NCBI GenBank assembly: GCA_001643675.2
Contig: LSRY02000009.1
Span: 248,001 to 312,000 of the forward strand
Direction: 5' to 3'
DNA: 64,000 nt
Origin: Monocercomonoides exilis PA203
Lineage: Eukaryota > Protista > Preaxostyla
Shown: positions 26,671-37,848 of the stretch, piece after piece
Layout of the letters: every line of letters begins with the position of its first letter
Position numbering within the stretch: the stretch's first letter is position 1
Notes under the pieces: generated by a model
The model's database searches: none
What the model was told of the DNA's origin: nothing
The model's input: the letters and a program-made list of their open reading frames with translations, nothing else
Position numbers and translations under genes: made by a program

Positions 26671-27234
26671 TTAGTGATAGCATCATTAGGCATTTGGTTC
26701 ATTTGTGTTTTTTGAAGAATGCCACATGCATCAATGTCTGAACCGCTATTGGCAACGATCACATTCTGGGCAACAATTGGAAGCCAGTCGTTGTTTGTGA
26801 CATTCTCTGCTATGTGAATGTACCACAATCTTTTTGTTGGAGTTGTCAAGCCACAATTCTTGAATGGAAACTTGGGGATAACATTGAAACAAATGAAGCT
26901 GGAGAAAACCAACTTTTTTCTTTCGGAAGAAATCAAAAATTTGCCAATTAATAGTTGTAATTGATTGTTGCACACCTTTTAAAGTTTGTTTTCTGAAAAA
27001 GCAATGTTTCATAAAATAAATCGAAATGATATAATAATTATTTGATTTTCTTTTTTAATGGGCAATGTGAGTTTTCTTTTGATCAGCAAAGTGAAGATCT
27101 TTTTGGTGCGTTTTCTTTGTTGCTCTGAATTGAGAATCCATTGCTTTCATATTGGTTTCAAAAAAGAAAGAAAAAGACATCATTCAATATTTGTGAATCG
27201 ATTTTTTGAATCACTATTTATTGGAGAAGTTGAA

Positions 27235-28005
27235 AATAATCAACTCACAGAAAAAGATGAGTGGGATCGTGATGGAAAAAAGAATGACAAATAAATGGAA
27301 GAGAGGCAAAGAAACGAATCTGAAGGACAGTCACAGTTGAATGAGTTCTTCATCCGAGAAATCTGTGTCAAAGACTTTTGGAAATATGATTGATGTGATA
27401 AAACATGTCACTTTGATTGCTTTGTTCAAATGAAATTGTTTGTGAAGAATATCCTGAATGGCTTTTCCAGTCCAATCCAAAAGGAAAAATTCATAATATT
27501 CTATGAAACCATTTTCATTTGTTAGATGAATCTTTCCATCCTTTTTTCGCAATCCTTTTACATAAGTCATCCAACAACAATATGGGCAATTTGCTTTTTG
27601 AATTACCACTTAATTCTCCTTCATTAAACGTTATTTTTTCTATGCAGGGCAAAGGCAGGAGCAACTGTGAATGAGATTTCTATTATTGAAGAGGAGAAAG
27701 GAGATGATCTTTTTTAAGAACCAATTTTCAAAAAGTGTATTTGAAGATTGTTGATGCTCAATGTTTTAAGTTGTGACGAAAGAAACTTCAAATGTGTCAG
27801 TGGGTGAAATTTTGATTCCTTTTGAAATTGGCAGAGGAATCTGAACAAGTAACAACAAATCTGTGAGTGGGTCAAAATGTTGATTGAACATCCGCACATA
27901 AGAAGTTGATCTTGTTGGTAAATGAGGATTTCTGATTTTCTGATTCAATTTCAAAGTTTTGGCTTTTGAAAAAACACTCATCAATGACAAAAGAAAATAC
28001 AATTT
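27235..28005 (-). pseudogene. Possible highly decayed DDE_1 (pogo-like) transposase remnant
   Basis: Across frameshifts it reads FVIDECFF ... TLFENWFLKKII ... SKLPILLLDD ... HDPTHLFL*VD, in the same order as the DDE_1 motifs DE, F..W, LLLDGH and THLLQPLD. Confidence 0.35.
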
Positions 28006-28636
28006 GGTGTTTTCGATTGCTTTGTTTTCTATCTTTCCAATCCAATTGTCAAGATTAATAATACAACAGATGATGAATATATAATGTGAAATGAATGAAA
28101 GATAATTAAGTCACTGGAGAAGAGGATTGATCGACTTGTAAAAAATAAATGAAGATCACTTTCTTTCAAAAGGAATCAAGATCGCTTGTAAAGAAGCATT
28201 TTCCAATGCTCCTGGCTTGTTCTTCTCGTTTCAAAGACAGAAGATGAACGAAAAACATGCTCAACCAAAAATCAAATGGGAGTTATAAAATGGAATGAAT
28301 GAATGAACAAGTGAATGAATGAAATAATAAAACAATTGATCAGCAGATGTGTGGAAGCAAAGCTCCACAAAATTCTGCTTTGATCCTTCTCCAGCAAAAA
28401 TGGTGTTGCAAAAGAACATACAATCCAAACAACGCAAATGGTACAAACAACAACAACATAAAAGTGAAATCACACAAAAAGTGAAGAAAACGGAAAATTC
28501 AGAGAAATTGACAAATTCGAAAAAAATAAACAAATACAAATGCAAAAACAGAAATATACAAATGTGAAGAACAACAAAAACAATAAAATCTCTTCTCAGC
28601 TTTACAACTCGTCTTTGCTTCTGTTCTTTTCACCCA

Positions 28637-31600
28637 TCACTTTTTCGTCTCGTCACTCATGATCGTTGAAGAAGGGCAACTGTCCCTTGTTTGCCTGCCC
28701 TTCTCCTCTGACTCCTCTGACTCTTCTGACTCCTCACAGCACATTGCGTCTGTCATCGTCATCACCATCGCCTCAGCTGGAAACTGCCCAAAAAATGTTC
28801 GTTTCAGCTCCATCAGTGCGGGTCGCCCCTCAGCCTTTGCAGAAAGACAGCTCTGCATCACCCCAAACAGACCTGATTCCTCTGCCAGCTCCAGCTTCGG
28901 CCTCTCCCCATTCACAATCTTCTCCCCTGCAATCACCGCCTCATATTCCCCAAACGGAACATGAAGCGTCAGACACTCCCACAGCATCATCCCAATCGAG
29001 AATGCCACCGACTCCTTTGTCGCTCCCATCTTCTTGTTCATCAGCAGCTCTGGAGCCTTCCACCTCAAGCACTCCTTTCTGAATCCTTCATCATCCTCAA
29101 ATGCTGATGAAGGAGGTGGCGAGTCTGTGAATCTCTCGCTCATCAACGAAATATTGGACGAAGAAGAAACAATACTCAATGAGGAGATTGAAGAGGAATC
29201 TGAACTGTCATCAGAAGAACACTCTGAGTGCATCGCAATGCAGATCACCATGTGCTCTGAGAACAGCACAATGTGAGGACTCAGATTTTCTAAAGATGAA
29301 AGTGGATTTTCCATTTCGTCAAATGAGTGCAGTGCTCCATTCACCACCCAGAACAAGATCTGCGCAGCTGTCATCTCCCTCTCTTGCAAACTCCCAATAG
29401 CCATCTCTTTCTTCTCATTCCTCCCATGAAGCAACATGAACAATGAATCTCGCAGATCCACAATCAGTTTTTCATGAGGAGACGAGCAGGCCATGGCATC
29501 CACCAGATTCGACATTGATGAGGTTGTTGGGCACAGATCTTCCCCTCGAACAAATGTTGAATCTGAATCAGTTGAACAAGTGGAAGAAATAGAAGGAGAG
29601 GGAGTTCTCTTCCTTATCTCTTCCTCATCATCAACCTTCTCCAGCATCCATTGAGGAATCTTGTCTGAGTCTCTTCCCAGAATGTATTCAGTCGATCCAC
29701 TCTCAGATAGAAGATGCTCTGATGACTCGGAATGGACCATCTCCTTTCCATTTATTCTTTTCTTTATCCTCTCTTCATTCTTCTTCTCTGCCTCCCTCTC
29801 TGCCCTTCTCCACTGCTCTTCTGGTGACATCTCCATCGTCACCATCTCAATCAGTTTCGGATCCTTTTTGATATTATCATCAACAATCTCCTTGTATTTT
29901 TTCGCTTCTTCTTTTGAGTTTCTCCATCGAATTGCCAATATTATTGATACAATGAGAACAATCAACAATAAAACAACAAGCACAATCACAATCAACAACC
30001 AATAAAATTTCCCTTCTTTCCCTCCTTCAGCAAGTCTTCCTTCCCCATCTGTTTTTGGCTCTGTTTTGTTCTTCAGAATCTGCGGAGAAGTCGAAGCCAA
30101 TTGTTTCCCAAACAATATCATCACTGACACATCCGTTTCATCTGCAATAGTTGAAATATTTTCTGATGGAACTCTTCCAATCACTTCTGTTTCTGATACA
30201 AAACCGTCTTTCTCAAAAGGATATGTCTCAACCAACTCCACATCCCCTGTTTTGAATATCAATCTGAATGACAAATCACATGGCACAAAAAGAGATCCCT
30301 TGAATTTGATAAAAATGTTGCTTCCATTTTCATTTACAGAAACTTCTTCCAGTTTTGGAATGAAGAAAGGCGATGACCTTTCTGCAGCTATCCCTCCAAG
30401 TGTGCATCCATCATTCAAAATCCAAAGAGAAGAATTGGGCATCAACCCATCTCCTCCCTTCAAGCTCGAAATGGTCAATGAAGCTAAATCCGAACAAATG
30501 ATGTTCCGACGAAGAGAAGGGTATTTTTCCATGAAAGGATTGTTGTCGAAGAATTCTCCTTTCTCAATCTTCACATTTCCAGCAGACACTGATAATCCTC
30601 CTGTTGAAGAATTCGAAATTGTTACGTATTTCATCACTAACGAAGAATTTGATGAATGAACAAGCGATCCATTCCATTGACAGATATCTTCAAAAGAATT
30701 TGTTCTTTCATTTTCACTTTCTTTCACAAGCACTCCTTCAATCTCACACATGTTTATCGAAGCATCCTTCACATCATGCACCTCAACAACACTTCCTTTG
30801 TCAGACAAGGAATTGCAATTTATGCAAGAACAGTTTGAAAACTCTAAATGGGCAAAGGCTGGTGAAGCTGAAAGAACAGAAGCGCCTTCTGAATTCCTTG
30901 AGCAGTTGTTCAATGACGAATCAACAAGAGTGATTGTTCCAGAAGTTATGTTCTTAATTGAAAAGATACAGCCATTGGATAACTTCACTCCTTCCGCAGA
31001 TACTCCATGGAATACAACTTCTTTGCATTGTTCAATCTCAAACACATTTGTTGTCGATTCAATCTGCTCCAGTTTCACATTCATCAATGAAATCTCATCT
31101 CCACCAAATAGAAATGAAGGTTTCTTAAATGAGAAGAACGACACTGAGCAGTTGTCAATGTGCAAAATTCCATTTTCGATGCTCAGCAATGTTGAGTTTA
31201 GAGTAACAGCTTCAATGTTTTCGGATTGGCCAATCGAAGAAAAATCAACAAACGAAAGAGATAATTGGCCATTTGTTTCATGGATAATAGAATTGCCTGA
31301 ATACAAAAATGACTGGCCAAAGTTGAATTTCAATCTCTCAATCCGAACTTTCTCTGAGATTGTGATAAGATTTCCCTCATTAGTTATTGCTGAGTTCAGA
31401 TGCACCAATGCTGCTGAAGGAGATTGAAGCGAGCGGATGATCACATCACGAGCATCACACTTCCCAACAATTTCTGTTTCCTCTGTTATCAACATCTGAG
31501 AGTACAGAGATGGAATAATATGCTGAACTCCCACATTCAACGATTCACAAGGCATGTTGAACTCTCCACATTGCTTGCTGTCTTTGTGATTGTCTGCAAC

Positions 31601-34600
31601 CGAAGACACAAATATAGTCTCACTTTGGTATTTCTCAACCCTCAGCAGAAGATCTTCTTCCCCCACAAAAGAGTCTGTTTCACATCCCCACATCGCCAGA
31701 TCCTTCACAAATGGCAATCTGAAATCCAGCAAGAATTGTTCATCGACTATTTGTGTTTCAATTGAATTGCATCGAATATACATATCTCTCCCTCTCAATG
31801 CAGAGTTGTCTCTGAATGTGATGTTCGATAACACAAATTTCAACGGCTGCTCAGTTGCCGAGGTGCATTCCAGAAACAGCCAGCCACCTCTTCCTGTGGT
31901 TGAGCAGAAGCACTCAGAAATCGTGCAAAATGAGCAATCAAAGCTTCCTCCCTCATTCAACACACAAAACATCCCTCCCCCCTTTCCACACCTTGTTCCC
32001 CCACACTTCTTCATCGTTGTGTTTCGTATCACCATTTTCAAAGGCTCATCAATATTCTCATTTCGAATGATGGAAATGTTCTCTGTTGTATTCTGAGTGA
32101 CTTCTTCGAATGAACTCCACTCAATAATAATATCTTGTTGAACTTCATTTTTCTCTCTTCTTGAACTCTTTGATATGCTCAATCCACTTGCCCCATTCAG
32201 CTCAATATTCTTCATCGTCAAGTTCTTAATGTTCAAAATCGTTGAAGACAACACAGAAATAACATCCTTTGAAAAAGATAACGATTGCATTTTCACAAAT
32301 TCCAATTGAACTGTTCCTCCATCTGCTTTGATCAGTCCATAATTCATAATCTCTTCCACATTGTTTTCTCCATTTTTTGAGAACGAACAATCTTTCAGAG
32401 TCAATAATCCATTTCCAGAATCAACATGCATCAAATAACTGACTCCACATGCGAATGAAGATGGAACAACAATGTCAATTAATTCAAATTTAGTAATTCC
32501 AGAAATCTTCATTGCTGCATCTTCTGATCCTTCAAGTGATGAGAGACATTCCAAAGAGCACATGTCTGTATTATTTGAGCATATTGAAATTCCACCGAGA
32601 TCAACACTTTTTTGGAGAACTCCTTTTTCAATGATGTTAATATTCTTTTCATTTCCCTCAGGCAATCGATCCAAACAATAGTCAATTGAAACACAAGGAT
32701 AATCTGAAAACCCACATGCACTCATATCTTTTCCTTTGTCTCCAATAAATATCTGTGTACCAATCGCTCGCCAAAAATACACCAATGGAATGGCATTCGT
32801 TGAATCATTTCCATCAAACCCTCTCATCGAATCCAAGGAAATATCATTCAGATTCTCAGATACAAATAAAAGAGAGGTGTTTGTGATGCTCTTTGTCAAG
32901 TTGAATGATTCCACAAAAAGATCATTTCCATATCTTGCAATGTTTGGCTTGTCTGCCTCAAAAACAGGGGACGAGATCACAAACGAAGAATCGTCATCAA
33001 TCAACTTCAGTGCCATTCCTCCACCAAAGCCTATCTTCTCTTCTCCAGCTGGTGCAGTGCATCCTATAAATGTGCATGAAATAACATTCATTTGAATATT
33101 TCCTTTTATCTGAGCATTGATAGCCCCTCCTCTGCTTTCATCAGCCTGTACAGAGCATACATCAAAAACACACTTTTCAATATTTGTTTTTGTATTTGCA
33201 TTTTCATCATTGCTGTTGCCAATGTTTACACAGCTTCCACTTCCGGCTGCCCTTTCAATTTCTGAAAAAGTGCAGTTCGTCATGTTCAACCACAGAGTGC
33301 TCATCAACTCGGTATTTGTTCCACTTCCAGACAACGAGATCAGCGGATTTTCGATCAAGGTGATTGATGAAGACGAAAACGAATCAATAGCTAATTTTCC
33401 AGACTCAATAGATAAAAATAGCAACACCAATTCTGATGATGGATTTTGAAGGGAAAGAGAACATTGAGATAAAGCCAGTTGTGAAGATGATGATATGAAA
33501 GTGGAGTGTGATGAAAGAGAAGGAGGAATAGAGAAGATAAGAGTTGACAAGACTGTTTCAACCCCAACGGTCACCATTGCCGTATTTGTTCCTGCGGAGG
33601 TATTTGAAACTGTCCAGCCACTTTGATCATCATTTCCTTTGATTTCGTGTTTCTGATCAGCAAAGGTCAATTCATCACTCATCGCAATCATTCCATTCAC
33701 AACAACTTTCTTTTCACCTGTAATACGTGTGAGGGAGTGCTTCATTGTCAAACATGGGAATTGAACAATTCCACAATGTGAATGATCAGATGCCTCTACG
33801 TTACTCACGCAAATCTCTGATGGAGGAGAAAGAAGATAGATGCACAGAGGAATGGCCACACTAGCGTTTCCATTGTCATATCCTCGGACTTCGTCAAAAG
33901 AATCCAATGAAGCTGTCACACACGTGATTTTTTGTGACTTTGCAGTTTCTTCCAGATTTGGAGAAATGACAAAGATATCATTTCCCCATTTGGCTGTGTT
34001 TGTGCCAAAGGAAGAAGAAATCAGGAAATTGGGATTTTCATTCATCAATCGAAGCAAGATTCCTCCTCCTAGTCCGTTGGATGCTGAACAAAAACATCCA
34101 TCAAAAGATCCTCCTTTCACTTTCACTTCACTTTCACTCCCAACACATAGCATCATCGATCCCCCATCACCTGATGTTGTGCTTCCACATCCTTCAAAAG
34201 TGCAAGAATCCAGATCGATATTTGCCTTGCCATTGGAAAACGACATCACAGCCGCTCCGCTCGTTGTTCTTTCAATTCCATCAAAGGTGCATTCTGAAAG
34301 CGTCAATGAAACTTCATTTGTTGAAGAAAGCGAAAACAATGAATTTGTGGAAATTGTCTTTGCCCAATTCACACGTTCCATCTGTAGCATACCATTATGT
34401 ACATTTATAAGCTCTGTGGAAATTGCTGCTTCTGAAGATTGCCCATTTCCGGCAGATATGTTCAAACCACTTATATGCATCTCTCCTGCTCCAGTGATCT
34501 CAAAAAGCCTCGAAGCTCGATTATTTGCATGTGCTGAGTTGTGCACAAGAACAAGGTCTCTGACAGACAAGATGCCTGTTGAGACTGAAAAAAGAGACAA

Positions 34601-36436
34601 ACAACCAGACTCTAGTTCTGTTTGAATTGTTGAACTCAAATCACTTTGGCCATAAACAGTAAAACTGTCTGTTCCGCAATCAAAACTATTTGTTTCGATT
34701 ATTGTTCCTGTGAGTATTTCGATATCAGTCACATATTCAGGAATAAGTTGTGTCAAACAATGGCTGATGGTGCTGCATGGATGAGACTCATTTATTCCGC
34801 ACGAATATGTATCAATGGCATTCGGCTGCGTTTGAACTGAAGAGACAAACCTAATTCTTCCAAAATCATTTCGTAGCCATCCACTTTGATCAGAAATTGA
34901 ATTGTAGAATGCGCTAACTCTGTTTGTTGTCTGTCTTGTTGAATAGCAACTTGGATCAATGTTGTTTTCTGAAGAATAATGCAGTGCAATGTCATGTCCG
35001 CCTTTCACACATGAATTATTGTTAAAAAAGCAGAAATACAGCAATGTTCCGTTATTGTAACTATCAATTAATAATCCAACAGCTCCACCTCCACACATTG
35101 AATGGCAATTGAAAAATAGACAATTTGAGACAATAACTTTGTCCGAAGGAAACCAATGTATAACTGCTCCTCCTGCACCGTTTGAAGAACTATTGCATTG
35201 ACAATTATCAAAAAAAGAATTTATTATGCATTCTTTCTGTGTATGAGTTATTACTTGACAAAGGACAATTGACCCTCCATCGTTGCCAGAAGAACAATTT
35301 TGAAAAAAACAATCATCGATAATTGGTTGGACATAGCCATTTTCAATCATTATTCCTCCTCCTCCAGAAAGTGTTGTTGATGAAGCAGCTGTACAATGAA
35401 GGAATGTTGAATAAAGAACAATGCATTTTGCCATTTTCAAAGCGTATATACCTCCGCCGTTTGCAGAAGAGGCATTGCATCTTGTAAATGTTGAATTTTC
35501 AACAGTGAGAATAGCATTTGCATTGTCATGAACATAAAGAGCACCTCCTTGTTCGGCTGTACAATCAATCCATTCACACAACGAAAAGGATTGACTATCT
35601 GTGATATTCATTTGTTCTTTTTTCTCAGGAGCATTTGTTTCTCTTTTCCCAAGGTTTATTGTCATGTTTTTGCAGACAAATTCCTGAGAAGAAAAAGATC
35701 CACTTGAAATTCCTCCTTCAAAAGCATTCACACATGAACAAATGAGGCAGTTCTCCATATAACTTCGAAAACATGAGTGTTCCATTTGACAATCAATGTC
35801 CTCACAGTATTTCATAGACATGTTCCTAAAGGCACAATTAGTGATCTGTTCGCTGTGGCTCTTCCCTGAAACAAGAAAATTGTCCGATGAAGAAATAGCC
35901 AGATCCGAAATGATGGTATTTCTCAAATCCATAGAATTCGAATCATCAGATGAAAATACGAGGCTGGAAGGGTTGAAATTCTTTTGGGGGATCAAACTCA
36001 TGTTTGTAAGGATGATTGACCCGCTTTGCAAATGAAAAGGAGATGATGATTTTTGGTGGGAAATACAGGAATCCAGCATTACCCTCGACTTTTCTGTTAG
36101 AATCATAAATTGTGAGGAAGATTGTTCAATTGCCACATTTTTCAGTTCAGCCGAAGTGTTGAATAATCTCAAAAATGTATTAATTGCTGTTGATGTAACT
36201 TGCTGCAATCCTTTGGAATTACAAAATATGTTCCCCCTTTCTACATTTTTTAGTTCTCTATTTGCCTGAAAATGTGCATCGTTTGAATTGCCTCCATTCG
36301 AATAAACAGGGTTATTATGCAATTGAGAAATAAAGCGAGTATGTTGGCTTTCGAAAAAATACACTTGTGTGGCATCATGCAACATTAATTTCCCGGCAAA
36401 GAGCAAACATGCGAAAAGAAATAGATGAATGCTCAT
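28637..36436 (-). CDS. 2599-aa receptor-like surface protein: signal peptide, Cys-rich parallel beta-helix (GGA(I/L)/FxxN, Pmp-like) ectodomain, one TM, cytoplasmic pseudokinase C-lobe
   Basis: Single ORF with signal MSIHLFLFACLLFAG, repeated GGAL/GGGI/GGAI motifs and four CG.....PC motifs. TM is YWLLIVIVLVVLLLIVLIVSIILAI. The tail has LRWKAPELL..VAFSIGMMLWECLTLHVPF..GERP. Confidence 0.92.
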   Translation of the reverse strand: MSIHLFLFACLLFAGKLMLHDATQVYFFESQHTRFISQLHNNPVYSNGGNSNDAHFQANRELKNVERGNIFCNSKGLQQVTSTAINTFLRLFNTSAELKNVAIEQSSSQFMILTEKSRVMLDSCISHQKSSSPFHLQSGSIILTNMSLIPQKNFNPSSLVFSSDDSNSMDLRNTIISDLAISSSDNFLVSGKSHSEQITNCAFRNMSMKYCEDIDCQMEHSCFRSYMENCLICSCVNAFEGGISSGSFSSQEFVCKNMTINLGKRETNAPEKKEQMNITDSQSFSLCEWIDCTAEQGGALYVHDNANAILTVENSTFTRCNASSANGGGIYALKMAKCIVLYSTFLHCTAASSTTLSGGGGIMIENGYVQPIIDDCFFQNCSSGNDGGSIVLCQVITHTQKECIINSFFDNCQCNSSSNGAGGAVIHWFPSDKVIVSNCLFFNCHSMCGGGAVGLLIDSYNNGTLLYFCFFNNNSCVKGGHDIALHYSSENNIDPSCYSTRQTTNRVSAFYNSISDQSGWLRNDFGRIRFVSSVQTQPNAIDTYSCGINESHPCSTISHCLTQLIPEYVTDIEILTGTIIETNSFDCGTDSFTVYGQSDLSSTIQTELESGCLSLFSVSTGILSVRDLVLVHNSAHANNRASRLFEITGAGEMHISGLNISAGNGQSSEAAISTELINVHNGMLQMERVNWAKTISTNSLFSLSSTNEVSLTLSECTFDGIERTTSGAAVMSFSNGKANIDLDSCTFEGCGSTTSGDGGSMMLCVGSESEVKVKGGSFDGCFCSASNGLGGGILLRLMNENPNFLISSSFGTNTAKWGNDIFVISPNLEETAKSQKITCVTASLDSFDEVRGYDNGNASVAIPLCIYLLSPPSEICVSNVEASDHSHCGIVQFPCLTMKHSLTRITGEKKVVVNGMIAMSDELTFADQKHEIKGNDDQSGWTVSNTSAGTNTAMVTVGVETVLSTLIFSIPPSLSSHSTFISSSSQLALSQCSLSLQNPSSELVLLFLSIESGKLAIDSFSSSSITLIENPLISLSGSGTNTELMSTLWLNMTNCTFSEIERAAGSGSCVNIGNSNDENANTKTNIEKCVFDVCSVQADESRGGAINAQIKGNIQMNVISCTFIGCTAPAGEEKIGFGGGMALKLIDDDSSFVISSPVFEADKPNIARYGNDLFVESFNLTKSITNTSLLFVSENLNDISLDSMRGFDGNDSTNAIPLVYFWRAIGTQIFIGDKGKDMSACGFSDYPCVSIDYCLDRLPEGNEKNINIIEKGVLQKSVDLGGISICSNNTDMCSLECLSSLEGSEDAAMKISGITKFELIDIVVPSSFACGVSYLMHVDSGNGLLTLKDCSFSKNGENNVEEIMNYGLIKADGGTVQLEFVKMQSLSFSKDVISVLSSTILNIKNLTMKNIELNGASGLSISKSSRREKNEVQQDIIIEWSSFEEVTQNTTENISIIRNENIDEPLKMVIRNTTMKKCGGTRCGKGGGMFCVLNEGGSFDCSFCTISECFCSTTGRGGWLFLECTSATEQPLKFVLSNITFRDNSALRGRDMYIRCNSIETQIVDEQFLLDFRLPFVKDLAMWGCETDSFVGEEDLLLRVEKYQSETIFVSSVADNHKDSKQCGEFNMPCESLNVGVQHIIPSLYSQMLITEETEIVGKCDARDVIIRSLQSPSAALVHLNSAITNEGNLITISEKVRIERLKFNFGQSFLYSGNSIIHETNGQLSLSFVDFSSIGQSENIEAVTLNSTLLSIENGILHIDNCSVSFFSFKKPSFLFGGDEISLMNVKLEQIESTTNVFEIEQCKEVVFHGVSAEGVKLSNGCIFSIKNITSGTITLVDSSLNNCSRNSEGASVLSASPAFAHLEFSNCSCINCNSLSDKGSVVEVHDVKDASINMCEIEGVLVKESENERTNSFEDICQWNGSLVHSSNSSLVMKYVTISNSSTGGLSVSAGNVKIEKGEFFDNNPFMEKYPSLRRNIICSDLASLTISSLKGGDGLMPNSSLWILNDGCTLGGIAAERSSPFFIPKLEEVSVNENGSNIFIKFKGSLFVPCDLSFRLIFKTGDVELVETYPFEKDGFVSETEVIGRVPSENISTIADETDVSVMILFGKQLASTSPQILKNKTEPKTDGEGRLAEGGKEGKFYWLLIVIVLVVLLLIVLIVSIILAIRWRNSKEEAKKYKEIVDDNIKKDPKLIEMVTMEMSPEEQWRRAEREAEKKNEERIKKRINGKEMVHSESSEHLLSESGSTEYILGRDSDKIPQWMLEKVDDEEEIRKRTPSPSISSTCSTDSDSTFVRGEDLCPTTSSMSNLVDAMACSSPHEKLIVDLRDSLFMLLHGRNEKKEMAIGSLQEREMTAAQILFWVVNGALHSFDEMENPLSSLENLSPHIVLFSEHMVICIAMHSECSSDDSSDSSSISSLSIVSSSSNISLMSERFTDSPPPSSAFEDDEGFRKECLRWKAPELLMNKKMGATKESVAFSIGMMLWECLTLHVPFGEYEAVIAGEKIVNGERPKLELAEESGLFGVMQSCLSAKAEGRPALMELKRTFFGQFPAEAMVMTMTDAMCCEESEESEESEEKGRQTRDSCPSSTIMSDETKK

Positions 36437-37470
36437 CGCAGGCTAATCAACTTTTCTGTTTGATAAAATTAAATAATACTTTAGATCGACATAATTCGTT
36501 TGTTTGAAAATGTTCATTTGTGAAAAATATTAGATTCATTGTGCAAAACAGTGATGTTAAATTGAAACAGCAATTCATTTTGATCATTTTTTTGGATGAT
36601 AACTGAGATTCACAACATTTTGTAATGTTTTATTTCGTTTTTGTTGAACAATTTGATTGAACATATTGATGAACTGAAATAATTATAAATAACATTTTAA
36701 ATTAGTTTTCGAAAACATGATGGTTATTTTTCAGAAAATAAAAAGAAATGAAAAAAGCTTCAAAAAAACTCAATATTTAGGGTCAGAAATTTATCGGTAC
36801 CCAAAAAATTAATCGGGACATAAATTTTCTGGCTCTCCAGAGCACTTTTAGAAAAAAGAAATAACAGAAAATTATTAATATATTATAATATACAATTTCT
36901 GAATATATTTTTTCATATTTTAATTTTTGTGAAAAGATCTGGTGTTTTTTGTTTTATTTTTCAGATCATAGACTTGCTCGTATTTTCACGTGCTTTTTGT
37001 TTTGAGATTTTTAAGTGTTGTTATTGTTTATAAACTTGATTTCTTTATAATTTTGGTTATTTTTTGTTATTAAACACTTCGTTTTTTTATTTCTTTTTCC
37101 ATTTCACTAAGTTTCGACAAATGGAATAGGGTCATCTTTTTTTTTGCACTTTTTTCTTTATTGGTTCTTTTGTTTAAAACATATTTTTTTTTCAACAAAT
37201 GATATTTTAAATAAATATTTTTAAAATAAAGACAATTATCGTGTATTCCAGTTTTCGAATTTTGAAAGAAATCCAATTTCTCATGGGGGGGAAATGGGGG
37301 GGTTCAAGTCCTTCCATTGAGCTTTCATGAGAAATTGGACTGCACAAAGGTTTGTAAATAATTCTTATTCATTCAAAAATTTTAATATTAATTAAAAATT
37401 CTTTAATGAAAATTAAAAAATAAAAAAATATATTTATGATCATTTTTATATTATTTATATGTTATTTTTA

Positions 37471-37848
37471 GTGAAAAAGAAAGCTTAAGCTGCGTAGAAG
37501 CGACTGAAGGAAGCAATGTTTTCATTTCAGAACAGAAAATATAGTTCAAGATTTGAAAGGATTGCACACATTGTTAATGACAATGTTGTCAGGCTGGTCG
37601 ACGGGGTTAAATATGGCGGAATCAGCAAAAAATCTTTGGAGCACGCAGTTAAAGCAATAAAAAACGGCAGACCGACTGCAAAAGTTGGGCACCCGCCAAT
37701 TATCAAATGCGAAAAAGAAAAGCAATTCTTGGAAGAAGTTACAATAGAACCTCGATCTGGGACAAGCCTCACATTACGAAAAGCGCGCGATCTGGTTTGT
37801 AATTGATATTTGAATTGAATATTAATTGGTATTTAGATGGAAAATATT
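37471..37848 (+). pseudogene. Pogo/Tigger-type transposase, 5' part (HTH region) with a 42-nt intron
   Basis: ORF ...GRPTAKVGHPPIIKCEKEKQF...LRKARDL, then phase-0 intron 37795-37836 (GT..AG), then MENI up to the insertion site. Confidence 0.75.

Noticed and set aside
26388-26975. 195-aa minus-strand ORF
   Set aside because: It is antisense to the conserved partner remnant; the peptide conserved across three copies is on the other strand.
28659-36035. Many plus-strand ORFs of 100-260 aa
   Set aside because: They are antisense shadows of the 2599-aa gene.
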